A DNA stretch of 64,000 nucleotides, taken from Bacteroidota bacterium. GTDB taxonomy: Bacteria; Bacteroidota; Bacteroidia; NS11-12g; UBA955. The number at the start of each line of letters is the position of its first letter. Position 1 is the stretch's first letter. Position numbers and translations under genes: made by a program. Of the stretch, positions 1-9,646 are shown piece after piece. The stretch is from NCBI GenBank assembly GCA_023957335.1, contig JAMLHC010000002.1:66809-130808 (forward strand). Direction: 5' to 3'. The notes below the pieces were generated by a model. It saw nothing but the letters and a program-made list of their open reading frames with translations. It was not told the DNA's origin and did no database searches.

Positions 1-1
1 T

Positions 2-283
2 AATGGTATTCCGATTGATGTAAAAACCCTGTTTTTACTTGACAAGACTAACCGTAACGTATATCAGTTTTATAAAGGCAACACCTCCATCAACCTAAAC
101 AATACCAGCTTGATTCTCTGCGCTGATTTCAAGGGACAACTGCATTATATTGACGGGGATGCTTTGCGCAGCTATGGCTTGAGTGATGGTAGCATTTATT
201 TTTTACGTCTTAACTCGCTCACCCACCCTCCGCGCAGTATTGAAGATTTCAAAAAATACATTAAATACGACAAAGTAAAATAA
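2..283 (+). CDS. 3' end of an unidentified protein (5'-truncated by the window edge)
   Basis: Open frame from the window start to TAA at 281-283, frame 2, reading ...NGIPIDVKTLFLL...KYIKYDKVK*. No recognisable motif. Confidence 0.25.
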   Translation, partial: NGIPIDVKTLFLLDKTNRNVYQFYKGNTSINLNNTSLILCADFKGQLHYIDGDALRSYGLSDGSIYFLRLNSLTHPPRSIEDFKKYIKYDKVK

Positions 284-286
284 TAT

Positions 287-1834
287 ATGATTTTTCTTAA
301 CAGCAGCGCCATAAACCTCATTGTTTTTCCAATCATACTGGCAGTATATTTTCTGATTCTCATTGTAGTTGGTAAAATTACAGAAGGGAACAGCGACAAT
401 GCCACTTTTTTCAGGGGCAATAGACGCTCTCCCTGGTTTTTAGTTGCGTTTGGCATGATTGGGGCTTCACTTTCGGGTGTAACTTTTCTCTCTATTCCGG
501 GAGCTGTCGGAAAAGACAATTTTTCTTATATGCAAATGGTGTTGGGGTATTTTCTTGGTTATCAAGTTATTGCCCAAGTCTTACTACCTATATACTACAA
601 ACTCGATTTAACTTCAATCTATGCATATCTTCAAAAACGATTTGGAAATGTAGCATACAAAACGGGTGCTGCCTATTTCTTGATTTCCCGTTCTATCGGA
701 AATGCGCTAAGATTGTTTCTGGCTGCGGTTGTTATGCAGACTTTTATTTTTGACAATCTGCATATCCCTTTTGAAATTACCGTTTTTATTACCATTGCAT
801 TAATTTGGCTATACTCTTTTAAAGGCGGCATACGCACGATTGTCTATACCGACACACTGCAAACTGTATTTATGCTGACAGCATTGGGCATTTCTATTGT
901 TTATATCTGGAATCAGCTAGGAATGATTAGCGATGTACCGGTTTGGCAACAGCTTCAAAATTCACACTATTCCAAGTTTTTTGAATGGGACTCTAACCAA
1001 AAGAACTTTTTCTGGAAACACTTTTTTGGCGGAATGTTTATCACGATTGTGATGACAGGATTAGACCAAGACATGATGCAAAAAAATCTTACATGTCGAA
1101 GTTTGAAAGATGCCAAGAAAAATATGTTTTGGATGAGTTCTTTACTTATTCCCGTCAATTTTTTGTTTGTGATGTTGGGCGGACTACTTTATCTGTATGG
1201 CACACAAACAGGCGTAATCATTGAAAACTTCAATAACCCTGACTTGATGGCACACGGCAAACATTTGACTTATATGTTTGCTGACGGTACAAGCCAATAT
1301 ATCAAGACAGACCAGTTGTTTCCGTTGCTTGCTGCCAATCAACTTCCGGTACTTGCATCTATTTTCTTCTTTATCGGATTAATTGCAGCCGCTTATTCTA
1401 CCGCAGACTCATCGCTGACGGCTTTGACAACATCCTTTTGCGTAGATTTTCTGGGATTTAATGAAAACAAAGGTTCCAGAAGTGCACGGATGTGGGTGCA
1501 TATTGGTGTTTCCATGCTCACCTATGTTATAATTCTTGTTTTTAAAGTGTTGAATAATGATGCTGTTATTAACGAACTTTTCAAGATTGCCGGCTATACT
1601 TATGGTCCTTTGTTGGGTATGTTTGCTTTTGGGTTGGCAACCAAAATTCGAATCAAAGATTCGTTGATTCCGGTAGTTTGTATTCTTTCTCCCGTGATTT
1701 GTTATTTATTGGACGCCAACAGCCGCGCATTATTTAACGGCTATGTATTTGGCTTTGAAATATTGATTGTCAATGGGATTATAACATTCGCAGGTCTGTT
1801 TTTGCTGCGCAGCAAAGGAACTGTAACAGTTTAA
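287..1834 (+). CDS. sodium:solute symporter family transporter
   Basis: 515-aa polytopic membrane protein with an N-terminal SSF-like pattern (GRx..W.LVAFGMIGASLSGVTFLSIPGAVG..) and roughly 13 hydrophobic helices. Confidence 0.65.
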   Translation: MIFLNSSAINLIVFPIILAVYFLILIVVGKITEGNSDNATFFRGNRRSPWFLVAFGMIGASLSGVTFLSIPGAVGKDNFSYMQMVLGYFLGYQVIAQVLLPIYYKLDLTSIYAYLQKRFGNVAYKTGAAYFLISRSIGNALRLFLAAVVMQTFIFDNLHIPFEITVFITIALIWLYSFKGGIRTIVYTDTLQTVFMLTALGISIVYIWNQLGMISDVPVWQQLQNSHYSKFFEWDSNQKNFFWKHFFGGMFITIVMTGLDQDMMQKNLTCRSLKDAKKNMFWMSSLLIPVNFLFVMLGGLLYLYGTQTGVIIENFNNPDLMAHGKHLTYMFADGTSQYIKTDQLFPLLAANQLPVLASIFFFIGLIAAAYSTADSSLTALTTSFCVDFLGFNENKGSRSARMWVHIGVSMLTYVIILVFKVLNNDAVINELFKIAGYTYGPLLGMFAFGLATKIRIKDSLIPVVCILSPVICYLLDANSRALFNGYVFGFEILIVNGIITFAGLFLLRSKGTVTV

Positions 1835-2793
1835 TACCTTTTTCCATCTTTCAGGTATGTGCTGACATACTCCATCGCTCCATTGCGCAAACTTGTGAAA
1901 GGTTCTAAATAACCCGCCTTGCGCAGTTTAGTCATGTTAGCACAAGTATAATACTGATACTTGTCGCGTATATCAATGGGGGTTGGAATGTATTCAATGT
2001 TGTGCGGCTTGTCTAAGGCATCAAAAACCGCTTGTGTTAATTCAAGGAAAGTACCTGTTTGTCCTGTACCTAAATTATACAAGCCTGAATATTTGCGCTG
2101 TTCCATCATAAAAATTAACACATTCAACACATCTTTAACGTAAATAAAGTCCCTCTCCTGCTCACCATCTTTGAAATTGGGGTTATGACTTTGGAACAGT
2201 TTAACTTTATTTGTTGATTGAATTTGATTAAATGCATGCAAAATCACGCTTGCCATACGCCCTTTGTGGTATTCATTAGGACCATAGACATTAAAAAACT
2301 TAAATCCTGCCCAAAAGGGAGGTGTTTGGTTTTGTTTTAACATCCATTTATCAAACTCATTTTTTGAAACTCCATAGGGGTTTAAAGGGGTCAACTCTTC
2401 GGGCGAAGTGTTATCATCAAAACCGTTTTCACCCATCCCATAAGTAGCTGCCGAAGAGGCATAAATCAATGGAATAGAAAACTCTGTACAAATATTCCAA
2501 ACTTCTTTTGTGTAATCAAGATTCAATCTGTTGAGCACATCCATATCAAACTCGGCAGTATTAGTTCGCGCACCGATATGAAAAACAAATTGTGTGAGCT
2601 GCTGATTGGTGCGCAACCATTGTGCAAAAGCATTGCGTTCTACTTTCTGAACACCTGAAACTGCCAACAAATTAGAGGCTTTCTCCTGAACTGAAAAATC
2701 ATCCACAGCCACAAGGTCAGCGTAGCCTCTGCGTTGAAGTTCGGTAATTAAGCAACTTCCAATAAAACCGGCTGCACCTGTAACGACTATCAT
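1831..2793 (-). CDS. hldD: ADP-L-glycero-D-manno-heptose-6-epimerase (NAD-dependent epimerase/dehydratase family)
   Basis: MIVVTGAAGFIGS Rossmann N-terminus, YASSAATYG, FNVYGPNEYHKGRMASV and RDFIYVKDV line up along the whole length with E. coli HldD/RfaD. Confidence 0.75.
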   Translation of the reverse strand: MIVVTGAAGFIGSCLITELQRRGYADLVAVDDFSVQEKASNLLAVSGVQKVERNAFAQWLRTNQQLTQFVFHIGARTNTAEFDMDVLNRLNLDYTKEVWNICTEFSIPLIYASSAATYGMGENGFDDNTSPEELTPLNPYGVSKNEFDKWMLKQNQTPPFWAGFKFFNVYGPNEYHKGRMASVILHAFNQIQSTNKVKLFQSHNPNFKDGEQERDFIYVKDVLNVLIFMMEQRKYSGLYNLGTGQTGTFLELTQAVFDALDKPHNIEYIPTPIDIRDKYQYYTCANMTKLRKAGYLEPFTSLRNGAMEYVSTYLKDGKRY

Positions 2794-2869
2794 TTATATC
2801 TTGTGGTGATTGAATCGGGCAAAAGTAAGAGATTTACAGAGAAAATAAATTGCTGTTTTAGCTCTTACG

Positions 2870-3883
2870 CTATGCAGTTTTTGTCTTTATGGTGATTTTG
2901 AGCAATGGCAGCAATCGCTTTGAATTTTGTCCCATCAATCTGCCGATTATATTCAACATAGACCAAATAAAATTCTTTAACCAATTAGGCTGACGGGTGT
3001 TAAAACCCAGCGATTCATAATTACTTGCCCAAGCTGATTTGACACTAAAAGCATCCATTTCTTCTTGTGTTATCAAGCGCTCAGACCAGTTGCCTGTATT
3101 AGGGTCGCAAGTGTTGGTAGGATGCGAAATAGATTGAGGGTAAATTTTGGTTTGCAGATATGTTTCCAACAAGGTTTGTAAATCATCAAAATTTCTACCT
3201 CTTGTCAGAGACACTAATTCATTTATTTCATTTTCTGTGAGTTGTGTTCCAAATCTTTCTTGAATATAAATTTTTCTAATGTTTTTATACGCCCGATAAT
3301 CATCCATTTGTTTTGCTCCTTTAGGGGGTGCGTGAAACTCATTTTCGTTTCTAATTTGCAATGCCATCAAGCGTTTGCGAATAATGGAATTATAAGGATT
3401 GGCACCTGTAACATGCACCTGAACAAGGTTTTGATTGAGTTGATAACAAGACTGAAAAAAGCCGGTCAAATCATAAATATGCTCAATCACATCGGTACTC
3501 ACAAGAGCATCTATATGAGTGTTTAAAGCGTTGATGTCTCCTTGTACATAAGAATCTGCTCTTAAACCCAACTTATCGGCAATCTTTTGCGCATCGTGAC
3601 AAGATTGTTCAAATATGTCCATATAAATCACATTGCCAATTCCAATCCATTTGGCATAACAAGACAGCAAACCCGTGCCTCCTCCGTAGTCAACCACTGT
3701 TAATTCTGTCCTTTGAAGTTTGATATGTTTGAATACTTCTTCAAAAATAGAACGATAAATCATGGTTCTATATGGCAATTCGTGTAAAAGTCTCTGCACA
3801 TATTCGTGCGTGTATTCAGAAACTTCCGGCAAGACGGACAACCTATCCTGCACCAACGCTATAAATCCCTTGCTGTCCATCAA
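2870..3883 (-). CDS. class I SAM-dependent methyltransferase
   Basis: Motif I VVDYGGGTGLLS followed by an acidic loop (MDIFEQS) and the motif II/III region. Confidence 0.6.
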   Translation of the reverse strand: MMDSKGFIALVQDRLSVLPEVSEYTHEYVQRLLHELPYRTMIYRSIFEEVFKHIKLQRTELTVVDYGGGTGLLSCYAKWIGIGNVIYMDIFEQSCHDAQKIADKLGLRADSYVQGDINALNTHIDALVSTDVIEHIYDLTGFFQSCYQLNQNLVQVHVTGANPYNSIIRKRLMALQIRNENEFHAPPKGAKQMDDYRAYKNIRKIYIQERFGTQLTENEINELVSLTRGRNFDDLQTLLETYLQTKIYPQSISHPTNTCDPNTGNWSERLITQEEMDAFSVKSAWASNYESLGFNTRQPNWLKNFIWSMLNIIGRLMGQNSKRLLPLLKITIKTKTA

Positions 3884-4536
3884 TCTTTACATTCCATTAA
3901 AAGCAAGATGCCATCATCAAAAGAAATTTCCACTAAGCCACTTTCTTTAACCTTGTTACTTGAACCAAACCTGCCTCCGGGCTCTAAAACACCCTGGCTA
4001 ATTTCGTATTGTAAATTTCGGGTATTAATATTCCTGACTGCTTTGAGCGGAATGAGAGAAAGATTTTCTCCCGCTCTAAAATACTTTTTAAAAGGGCTTT
4101 TAATTGGATAGATAACCGAATGGTCATCAATCATTTTGAGTGTAATTTCGTTTCTGAATCTTGCCATTACATTCAAATTGCTCATAAAATGGTCTGCCCT
4201 TGCGCCCGTAGCCCAAAGCAAGTTAGCAGCTTGTGTTTTGCGTTCTATGAGTAACTCAATACCTTTATGTAAGTCTGTTTTTTCTTGATCGGGAGTGTGA
4301 ATTATCTCTGCCGGAAAAGGTAATTCGGGCGATAAAGTTCCCAGACTATCAAAATCACCTAACAAAATATCAAAACGAATATTACGCGCCATCGCTTTGA
4401 AATAAGCACCATCAAGCACCATAATCGAAGGACTCCATTCCACCAACTGATTCAATAAGTCTGAACTGCAAGGCATTCCGTTTGCTAACACCAATACAGG
4501 CTCTTGTCCTTCTTTCACAAAAAGATGCGAAGACAT
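3880..4536 (-). CDS. thiamine pyrophosphokinase-like protein
   Basis: About 218 aa with the LGDFDS catalytic motif typical of TPK. Overlaps the upstream methyltransferase by 4 nt. Confidence 0.5.
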   Translation of the reverse strand: MSSHLFVKEGQEPVLVLANGMPCSSDLLNQLVEWSPSIMVLDGAYFKAMARNIRFDILLGDFDSLGTLSPELPFPAEIIHTPDQEKTDLHKGIELLIERKTQAANLLWATGARADHFMSNLNVMARFRNEITLKMIDDHSVIYPIKSPFKKYFRAGENLSLIPLKAVRNINTRNLQYEISQGVLEPGGRFGSSNKVKESGLVEISFDDGILLLMECKD

Positions 4537-4665
4537 ATCTGCAAAATTCTGTTATTCTTATGGAAAAGCAAGGGAATTAGTGTGGTATGTGGTAATTATA
4601 TGAAAAGAATGTAAACGTATTAACGCCCTTGTGCAAGAAGTGGTTATAGACTCAATTCTATCTCA

Positions 4666-5088
4666 CTATTTAATTTTGGACTTTGCTATCATAATGCCAA
4701 ACCATAACCATGCTGCTGTGAACATAATACCGCCTATGGGGGCTAAAATGCCGAGAAATGAAAGTGAAATGCCATTTATTTTCAGGAAAAAATAGAGTAG
4801 AAGGTTAAACGAGAAAAAGAGCAAGCCAAGCAACATTAAAACCAAAGGTATTTTTGGGTTTAATGTTAAAATATTTGACAACAATACAATCACGAAAATA
4901 CCGATACTTCCCAACATCAGGTGTCTTGTTGCTGCCGAGAACACCCTATTATAGTCAGGATTTTCCAACACTTCCTTGAGTGCGTGCGCCCCCATTGCTG
5001 TAAGCACAACAAAAATTGCCAGACCAAAAGAGGCTACAGTAAGTGCAAATTTTTGCAACTGTGAATATTTATAAGATGTATCCGTCAT
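4666..5088 (-). CDS. DUF423 (YgdD/TMEM256-like) small membrane protein
   Basis: 140 aa with 4 TM segments. GAHAL and PIGG..F.AAWL motifs match the YgdD family. Confidence 0.5.
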   Translation of the reverse strand: MTDTSYKYSQLQKFALTVASFGLAIFVVLTAMGAHALKEVLENPDYNRVFSAATRHLMLGSIGIFVIVLLSNILTLNPKIPLVLMLLGLLFFSFNLLLYFFLKINGISLSFLGILAPIGGIMFTAAWLWFGIMIAKSKIK

Positions 5089-5123
5089 TTACAGAGTTAC
5101 TTTTGCGCGAAATTAAACATCTT

Positions 5124-6608
5124 ATGAGATTAGTAGCTATCGTTTTTCTATTATCCTTTTTTAACAGTCATCTTTACGCACAAAGTTGGTCGGGAATGAA
5201 CCAGAGTAATTACAACGGAGCCAATGCATTTTATTCCAATACAGCAATGGCGGTTTCCTCTCCTTTTATGGTAAGTGTCAACGGTTTTTCGATGGGAATG
5301 AATTTTGAAAATAATTATCTTACTTATAAACTTCCTTTTTCTATGACCCAATGGGTAAGAGGCACTGTGCCAAGCCAATATAAAGACAGCAGAGGGAGAG
5401 TAAAATTCCAAAATGAATGGTTTGAAGAAAACTTAGACGGCAATCCAAAAAACTTTGATTTCAATATTGAAAACAGGGGTCCTGCCTCAATGTATAATTA
5501 TGACAGAAGATTTGCTGTTGGCTTCTTTTCCCGCACCAGAATAGGTTTGCAAGGCTTTGGTATGAGCGAAGAAGTTGCCAGAATATTCAGATATGGACTT
5601 GACAGCACTCAAAACTTCATTTATAACCCACCAAATGAAATCAAATTTGGTGATGAAATTTCAGATAACTCCTTTTCTATCAACCTAAATTCATTTTCAG
5701 AAATTGGGATTGGCGGAGCAGCCGCACTGATTCACAACAAGTACATGACTGTAAGTGTTGGTGCAAACATCAAATACCTACTGGGAATGGGTACCGGTTA
5801 TGTAAAAAACAATGGCACTTCTTTTAAAGTAAACGGATTTGATTCCGTAAGTTTTGGCAAAACTGATATTGAATATGGGTATGTACAGCCATCCTTTTAT
5901 TCAAACTTAAACACCATCAATTTTATGAATGGCAAACCTGCAGGAAGCGGTTTCGGTTTTGACCTTTCAGCATATATGGAGTTAAAAAAGCCCAATCACA
6001 GAATCGGCAGCTATGTTGAAATACCGGATGTTGAATACTACTTCAGAGGAGGTATTGCCCTGCAAGATATGGGTAGTATCACATACAACACAGGTGTTAT
6101 TGCAAGACATCTCCAAAACACAACCCCTAAAACATGGACACCCGGTATTGAGTTTGCGCAAGCTTGGTCAACCGGTATGGAAGGAGGTTTACACTATATG
6201 GATAGTTTAACCAAAGCCATGTTTCAAGTTACAGAATCAAATACAATCAAAGCTACTCTCCCTACCACACTCATGCTTCATGGTGATTTGAAAATTATAT
6301 CTAAATTCTATATCGGAGCTCAGATTTCTCAGAGCTTGAGAGGGAAACAATCGGTAAGTTATCGCAAGCCGTCTTCTCTTACACTCGTTCCAAGATTTGA
6401 AATGAAAGGAGTAGAAGTTGCTGTGCCAATGTCTTTGTATAATGATTATCGCAATGCCAACATAGGTGCTTTTCTACGCTTAGGTCCTTTCTTCTTTGGA
6501 ACAGATAATATTATCACTTCCATTAGCCGTTCTTCTTTCAAAGGTTTTAACTACTACTTTGGATTGTCTTATGGGTTTGGTAATTCCAAAATTGATGACA
6601 GACATTAA
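5124..6608 (+). CDS. hypothetical outer-membrane beta-barrel protein
   Basis: Signal peptide (MRLVAIVFLLSFFNSHLYAQ), alternating hydrophobic beta-strand pattern, and an aromatic-rich C-terminus (YYFGLSYGFG). The start was moved to the Met that precedes the signal peptide. Confidence 0.4.
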   Translation: MRLVAIVFLLSFFNSHLYAQSWSGMNQSNYNGANAFYSNTAMAVSSPFMVSVNGFSMGMNFENNYLTYKLPFSMTQWVRGTVPSQYKDSRGRVKFQNEWFEENLDGNPKNFDFNIENRGPASMYNYDRRFAVGFFSRTRIGLQGFGMSEEVARIFRYGLDSTQNFIYNPPNEIKFGDEISDNSFSINLNSFSEIGIGGAAALIHNKYMTVSVGANIKYLLGMGTGYVKNNGTSFKVNGFDSVSFGKTDIEYGYVQPSFYSNLNTINFMNGKPAGSGFGFDLSAYMELKKPNHRIGSYVEIPDVEYYFRGGIALQDMGSITYNTGVIARHLQNTTPKTWTPGIEFAQAWSTGMEGGLHYMDSLTKAMFQVTESNTIKATLPTTLMLHGDLKIISKFYIGAQISQSLRGKQSVSYRKPSSLTLVPRFEMKGVEVAVPMSLYNDYRNANIGAFLRLGPFFFGTDNIITSISRSSFKGFNYYFGLSYGFGNSKIDDRH

Positions 6609-6694
6609 GTCAAGTGTTTTAGTTATTAGAATTTTAAACACTTTGTGTGTAAAACTACAATAGATAGCTTGGTTCTATTTATAGATTTGTAAGT

Positions 6695-6994
6695 GTGAAA
6701 ATAGACAAGGATTTTTGGCTCAAATACCGGTATTTCATACTCATTGGAGTGTATGGAATTTGGATTACCTTTTTTGACTTCAACAGCTTGATTTCATTGG
6801 CTAAGATATCTAATGAAGTTCATATATTGGATAAAGAAAATGAATTCTATAAAAATGAAATAGAAAGTGCCAAAAGACAAAGAGAATATCTTTTTTCCAA
6901 CTCAGCAAATCTTGAAAAATTTTCCCGCGAGAAATACCTGATGAAAAAGGATGATGAAGATGTATTCATCATTGTGGAAGAAAAGAAAAAATAA
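6695..6994 (+). CDS. septum formation initiator (FtsB/DivIC-like) protein
   Basis: 99 aa with a single N-terminal TM helix followed by a coiled-coil (ENEFYKNEIESAKRQREYLFSNSANLEKFSREKY). GTG start. Confidence 0.5.
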   Translation: MKIDKDFWLKYRYFILIGVYGIWITFFDFNSLISLAKISNEVHILDKENEFYKNEIESAKRQREYLFSNSANLEKFSREKYLMKKDDEDVFIIVEEKKK

Positions 6995-7050
6995 ATCACC
7001 CTGTTTCTAATTCAAGAGAGTGTTGAAATAAAACAAAATTTATTGTGATG

Positions 7051-7203
7051 ATAAAAATAAGCAGCGGTGCTTCGACTTCGCTCAGCGACCGCTATACTAC
7101 GCTCAGCAACCGCTATTGAGCGGATTTGAAGCAGCGGGCGCTTCGACTACGCTCAGCAACCGCAGCGTAGTCGAAGCATGGTTGCTGAGCGTAGTCGAAG
7201 CAC
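7051..7203. repeat. GC-rich repeat element, short copy: leader GATAAAAATAAGCAGCGGTGCTTCGACT + 2 x 21-bp units + palindromic tail
   Basis: It shares the leader and the ...CCGCTATTGAGCG end with the element at 12180-12420, in the same orientation. The tail gcttcgactacgctcagcaaccgc / gcggttgctgagcgtagtcgaagc is a perfect inverted repeat. Confidence 0.6.
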
Positions 7204-9638
7204 TACCTCACCAATGTCAATGTCCCTTTGTAATAATACTTCTTGCCGGGTTCTAAATACACTTCGTATTCTATCAGGAAAACATAAACTCCTGCTGCTA
7301 CGGATTGACCTTTATATGTACCGTCCCAAACATGACCTGCATCACTGCTCATGCCTATGACTTCTCCCCAGCGGTCTAAAATCGTTGCCCTAAAGCTCTT
7401 GATGTTTACACAGTTAATCGTCAATACATCATTTAAACCATCTCCGTTGGGACTGAATGCACTCGGGAATGCACACATATCCGAAAACTCAGGGCAGTAT
7501 TCACCCAAATATGTCGCTCCGTGTGTCTCGCAGCCTAAGCTGTCTATGGCTTTGTAATACACAATGCCCGTATCCATGCTCTCAAAGTATAAACCCGTGT
7601 AGCTTGTTCCATTGAAATCCCAAACTCCGATGATGGATTCTTCCGAGCGAAGGTTGAGCTTGTTGTATAGCTTACCTGTCCAGATACACATGCTGTCGGT
7701 GTGGGTCAAAATTACTTGAGCCGGCTCTTTCATATAAAGCTGCATGCTTTGACTTATACTGTCACAACTGCCCGTGATGGTCGTTTGCCATTTGTTTGGT
7801 TTTACTGTCAGTGAGATTGAGTTCCCTTGGTTCACTCCATCTATTGCCCAGTCTATTGCCCTGCCATAATAGTCGCGGATATTCAACGATGCGCCTTTGC
7901 ATATCATCGTGTCGGTGGGAAGAATAACACAAGGGCAATATTCTTCTAATGGAATATGATAAACATATTCACAGCCTACACTATCAGTGAGAGTTAGCTC
8001 AACCATCCCCGTATCTGCACTTACAAACAAGCTACTGTCTTGCATTTTTCCGTTTTGGTTCCATGAGTAATGGACTTTGGGTTCGTTTGCGATTGCCAGC
8101 AACTTGTTAAAAGGTCTCCCTGCCGGTGCACAAAGACTGTCGGTGTGCCGCAGTTCATATTGCGGAGCAAACTTGCCGAAAACATACATTGTGTCATATT
8201 CTCCGTCAATGATGCCCACTATCATCTCTTTTGGTTTGGTAACCGTCATCTGAAATTTACGGCTTTGTTCACTGCTGCCATCTTCCCGTATCCAAGTGAT
8301 TTCTCTGCCCAAATTTTCCTCAAACTCAAGCCGGCTTCCATAACAAGCAACGGTATCCGCAGGAAGATACCCCCCTATCTCATACAAATAAACACTGTCT
8401 ATAAAAACATGCATGAAATATGAATTATAAGCTGCCTTAGGTATAGGTATAGCAGGCCCATCAAAAACAGGAAGTTTTATTGTATCATTTTTGAAATACT
8501 CATCACCAAATGCATCAAAAATCCACCTAACCATAGTCTGTTGGGATGTATCCCAAAAATTACCTATAGTGAGTTTGGTAAAAGGTTTGTCTGCCACAAA
8601 CTCCCATGAATACTCTACCCACTCCCCCTTGCTCATGTGTGGACGGGGAATCCTGAATTGAGGTGAATATGTTGGTTGAGGATCAAACGGCTTCTGAGAG
8701 CGGAAAGCTATTCCTGTCCCTTTTTGAACACAAGCAATATCAGGGGTAGAAAGCAAAATACCTAACCCATCTGTTAGGTAAGAGGTGTAATTACCCGGTT
8801 GCTGTATGGGCGAAAACGTATAGATTCTTCTGAGTTGAGATTCTCTAATATATTTATTAGTTGAAAGTTTAGAATAGTCTATATACTTGACGGGATCCTG
8901 AGGTAGATTGAAGGTATCTATCCAATTATTGACTCCCACAAAAAAACCTATTTTATATTTCTTACCTACCGTTAAGGTTTGTTTCAAGTCATTGGTAATA
9001 TAACCAAAATGAGAAGTAGCTGTGTACCAGAGAGGATAGTAAGCTACCCACCATGCATAATCTTCTAAAGCTATATACGCAATATATTTACCGTTTAGAG
9101 TATCTTTTGGTAAAGCATATCTCAGAGGGTAATCAAAATCAAGATTATTATAATTTTTATAAATATAATAATCCCTTTGAAAAACATCCTGAAAACCATA
9201 ATCACCTTGGTTTGGTGCTTGGGAACGCCAAAGTAATTTACAAGAAAAATCATTCTTGAGTGTATAATAGTTGAAAAAAAAGCCGGAATGGTTATCTCTT
9301 ACATCCAAGAATGGGCTTGTTGGATGATGTCTATTACAACAATTTCCATCTCTATCACCGCCTTCAGTTGACATACATGAGTTCCAATGATAACACGAAT
9401 CTATCTGAAACTGATACCACTGACGTTCATAATATTTAGTCAAATTCGTATCAACGTCAAAGAATTCCTTGGGTTTTGTCTTATAGGGATGGCTGTCCGG
9501 AAACTCCTCAAAACTACCGTTCTGAACCAAGTTTTTAGGCTTGGATTGCGCTTGTACAGACAGGTTCAAACCTGTCTGTACAAACAACAATAATAAGAAA
9601 AAATACAATTTGCGGTATGTAAACAAAATCGAGTGCAT
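7203..9638 (-). CDS. secreted protein with T9SS type-B (gliding-motility-associated) C-terminal sorting domain
   Basis: N-terminal signal peptide. The C-terminus (CAFPSAFSPNGDGLNDVLTI...VYVFLIEYE) matches the TIGR04131-type CTD signature PNAFSPNGDGxND. Confidence 0.8.
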   Translation of the reverse strand: MHSILFTYRKLYFFLLLLFVQTGLNLSVQAQSKPKNLVQNGSFEEFPDSHPYKTKPKEFFDVDTNLTKYYERQWYQFQIDSCYHWNSCMSTEGGDRDGNCCNRHHPTSPFLDVRDNHSGFFFNYYTLKNDFSCKLLWRSQAPNQGDYGFQDVFQRDYYIYKNYNNLDFDYPLRYALPKDTLNGKYIAYIALEDYAWWVAYYPLWYTATSHFGYITNDLKQTLTVGKKYKIGFFVGVNNWIDTFNLPQDPVKYIDYSKLSTNKYIRESQLRRIYTFSPIQQPGNYTSYLTDGLGILLSTPDIACVQKGTGIAFRSQKPFDPQPTYSPQFRIPRPHMSKGEWVEYSWEFVADKPFTKLTIGNFWDTSQQTMVRWIFDAFGDEYFKNDTIKLPVFDGPAIPIPKAAYNSYFMHVFIDSVYLYEIGGYLPADTVACYGSRLEFEENLGREITWIREDGSSEQSRKFQMTVTKPKEMIVGIIDGEYDTMYVFGKFAPQYELRHTDSLCAPAGRPFNKLLAIANEPKVHYSWNQNGKMQDSSLFVSADTGMVELTLTDSVGCEYVYHIPLEEYCPCVILPTDTMICKGASLNIRDYYGRAIDWAIDGVNQGNSISLTVKPNKWQTTITGSCDSISQSMQLYMKEPAQVILTHTDSMCIWTGKLYNKLNLRSEESIIGVWDFNGTSYTGLYFESMDTGIVYYKAIDSLGCETHGATYLGEYCPEFSDMCAFPSAFSPNGDGLNDVLTINCVNIKSFRATILDRWGEVIGMSSDAGHVWDGTYKGQSVAAGVYVFLIEYEVYLEPGKKYYYKGTLTLVR

Positions 9639-9646
9639 ATTAATGT

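Noticed and set aside
196-519. 107-aa minus-strand ORF.
   Set aside because: It overlaps the start of the symporter gene and the upstream 3' CDS fragment. It looks like a shadow ORF.
7051-7203. The repeat element as a tRNA or other structured RNA gene, because of its palindromic tail.
   Set aside because: It has no cloverleaf-compatible arm lengths and no conserved tRNA positions. It shares its sequence with the second VNTR copy, so it is a repeat element.
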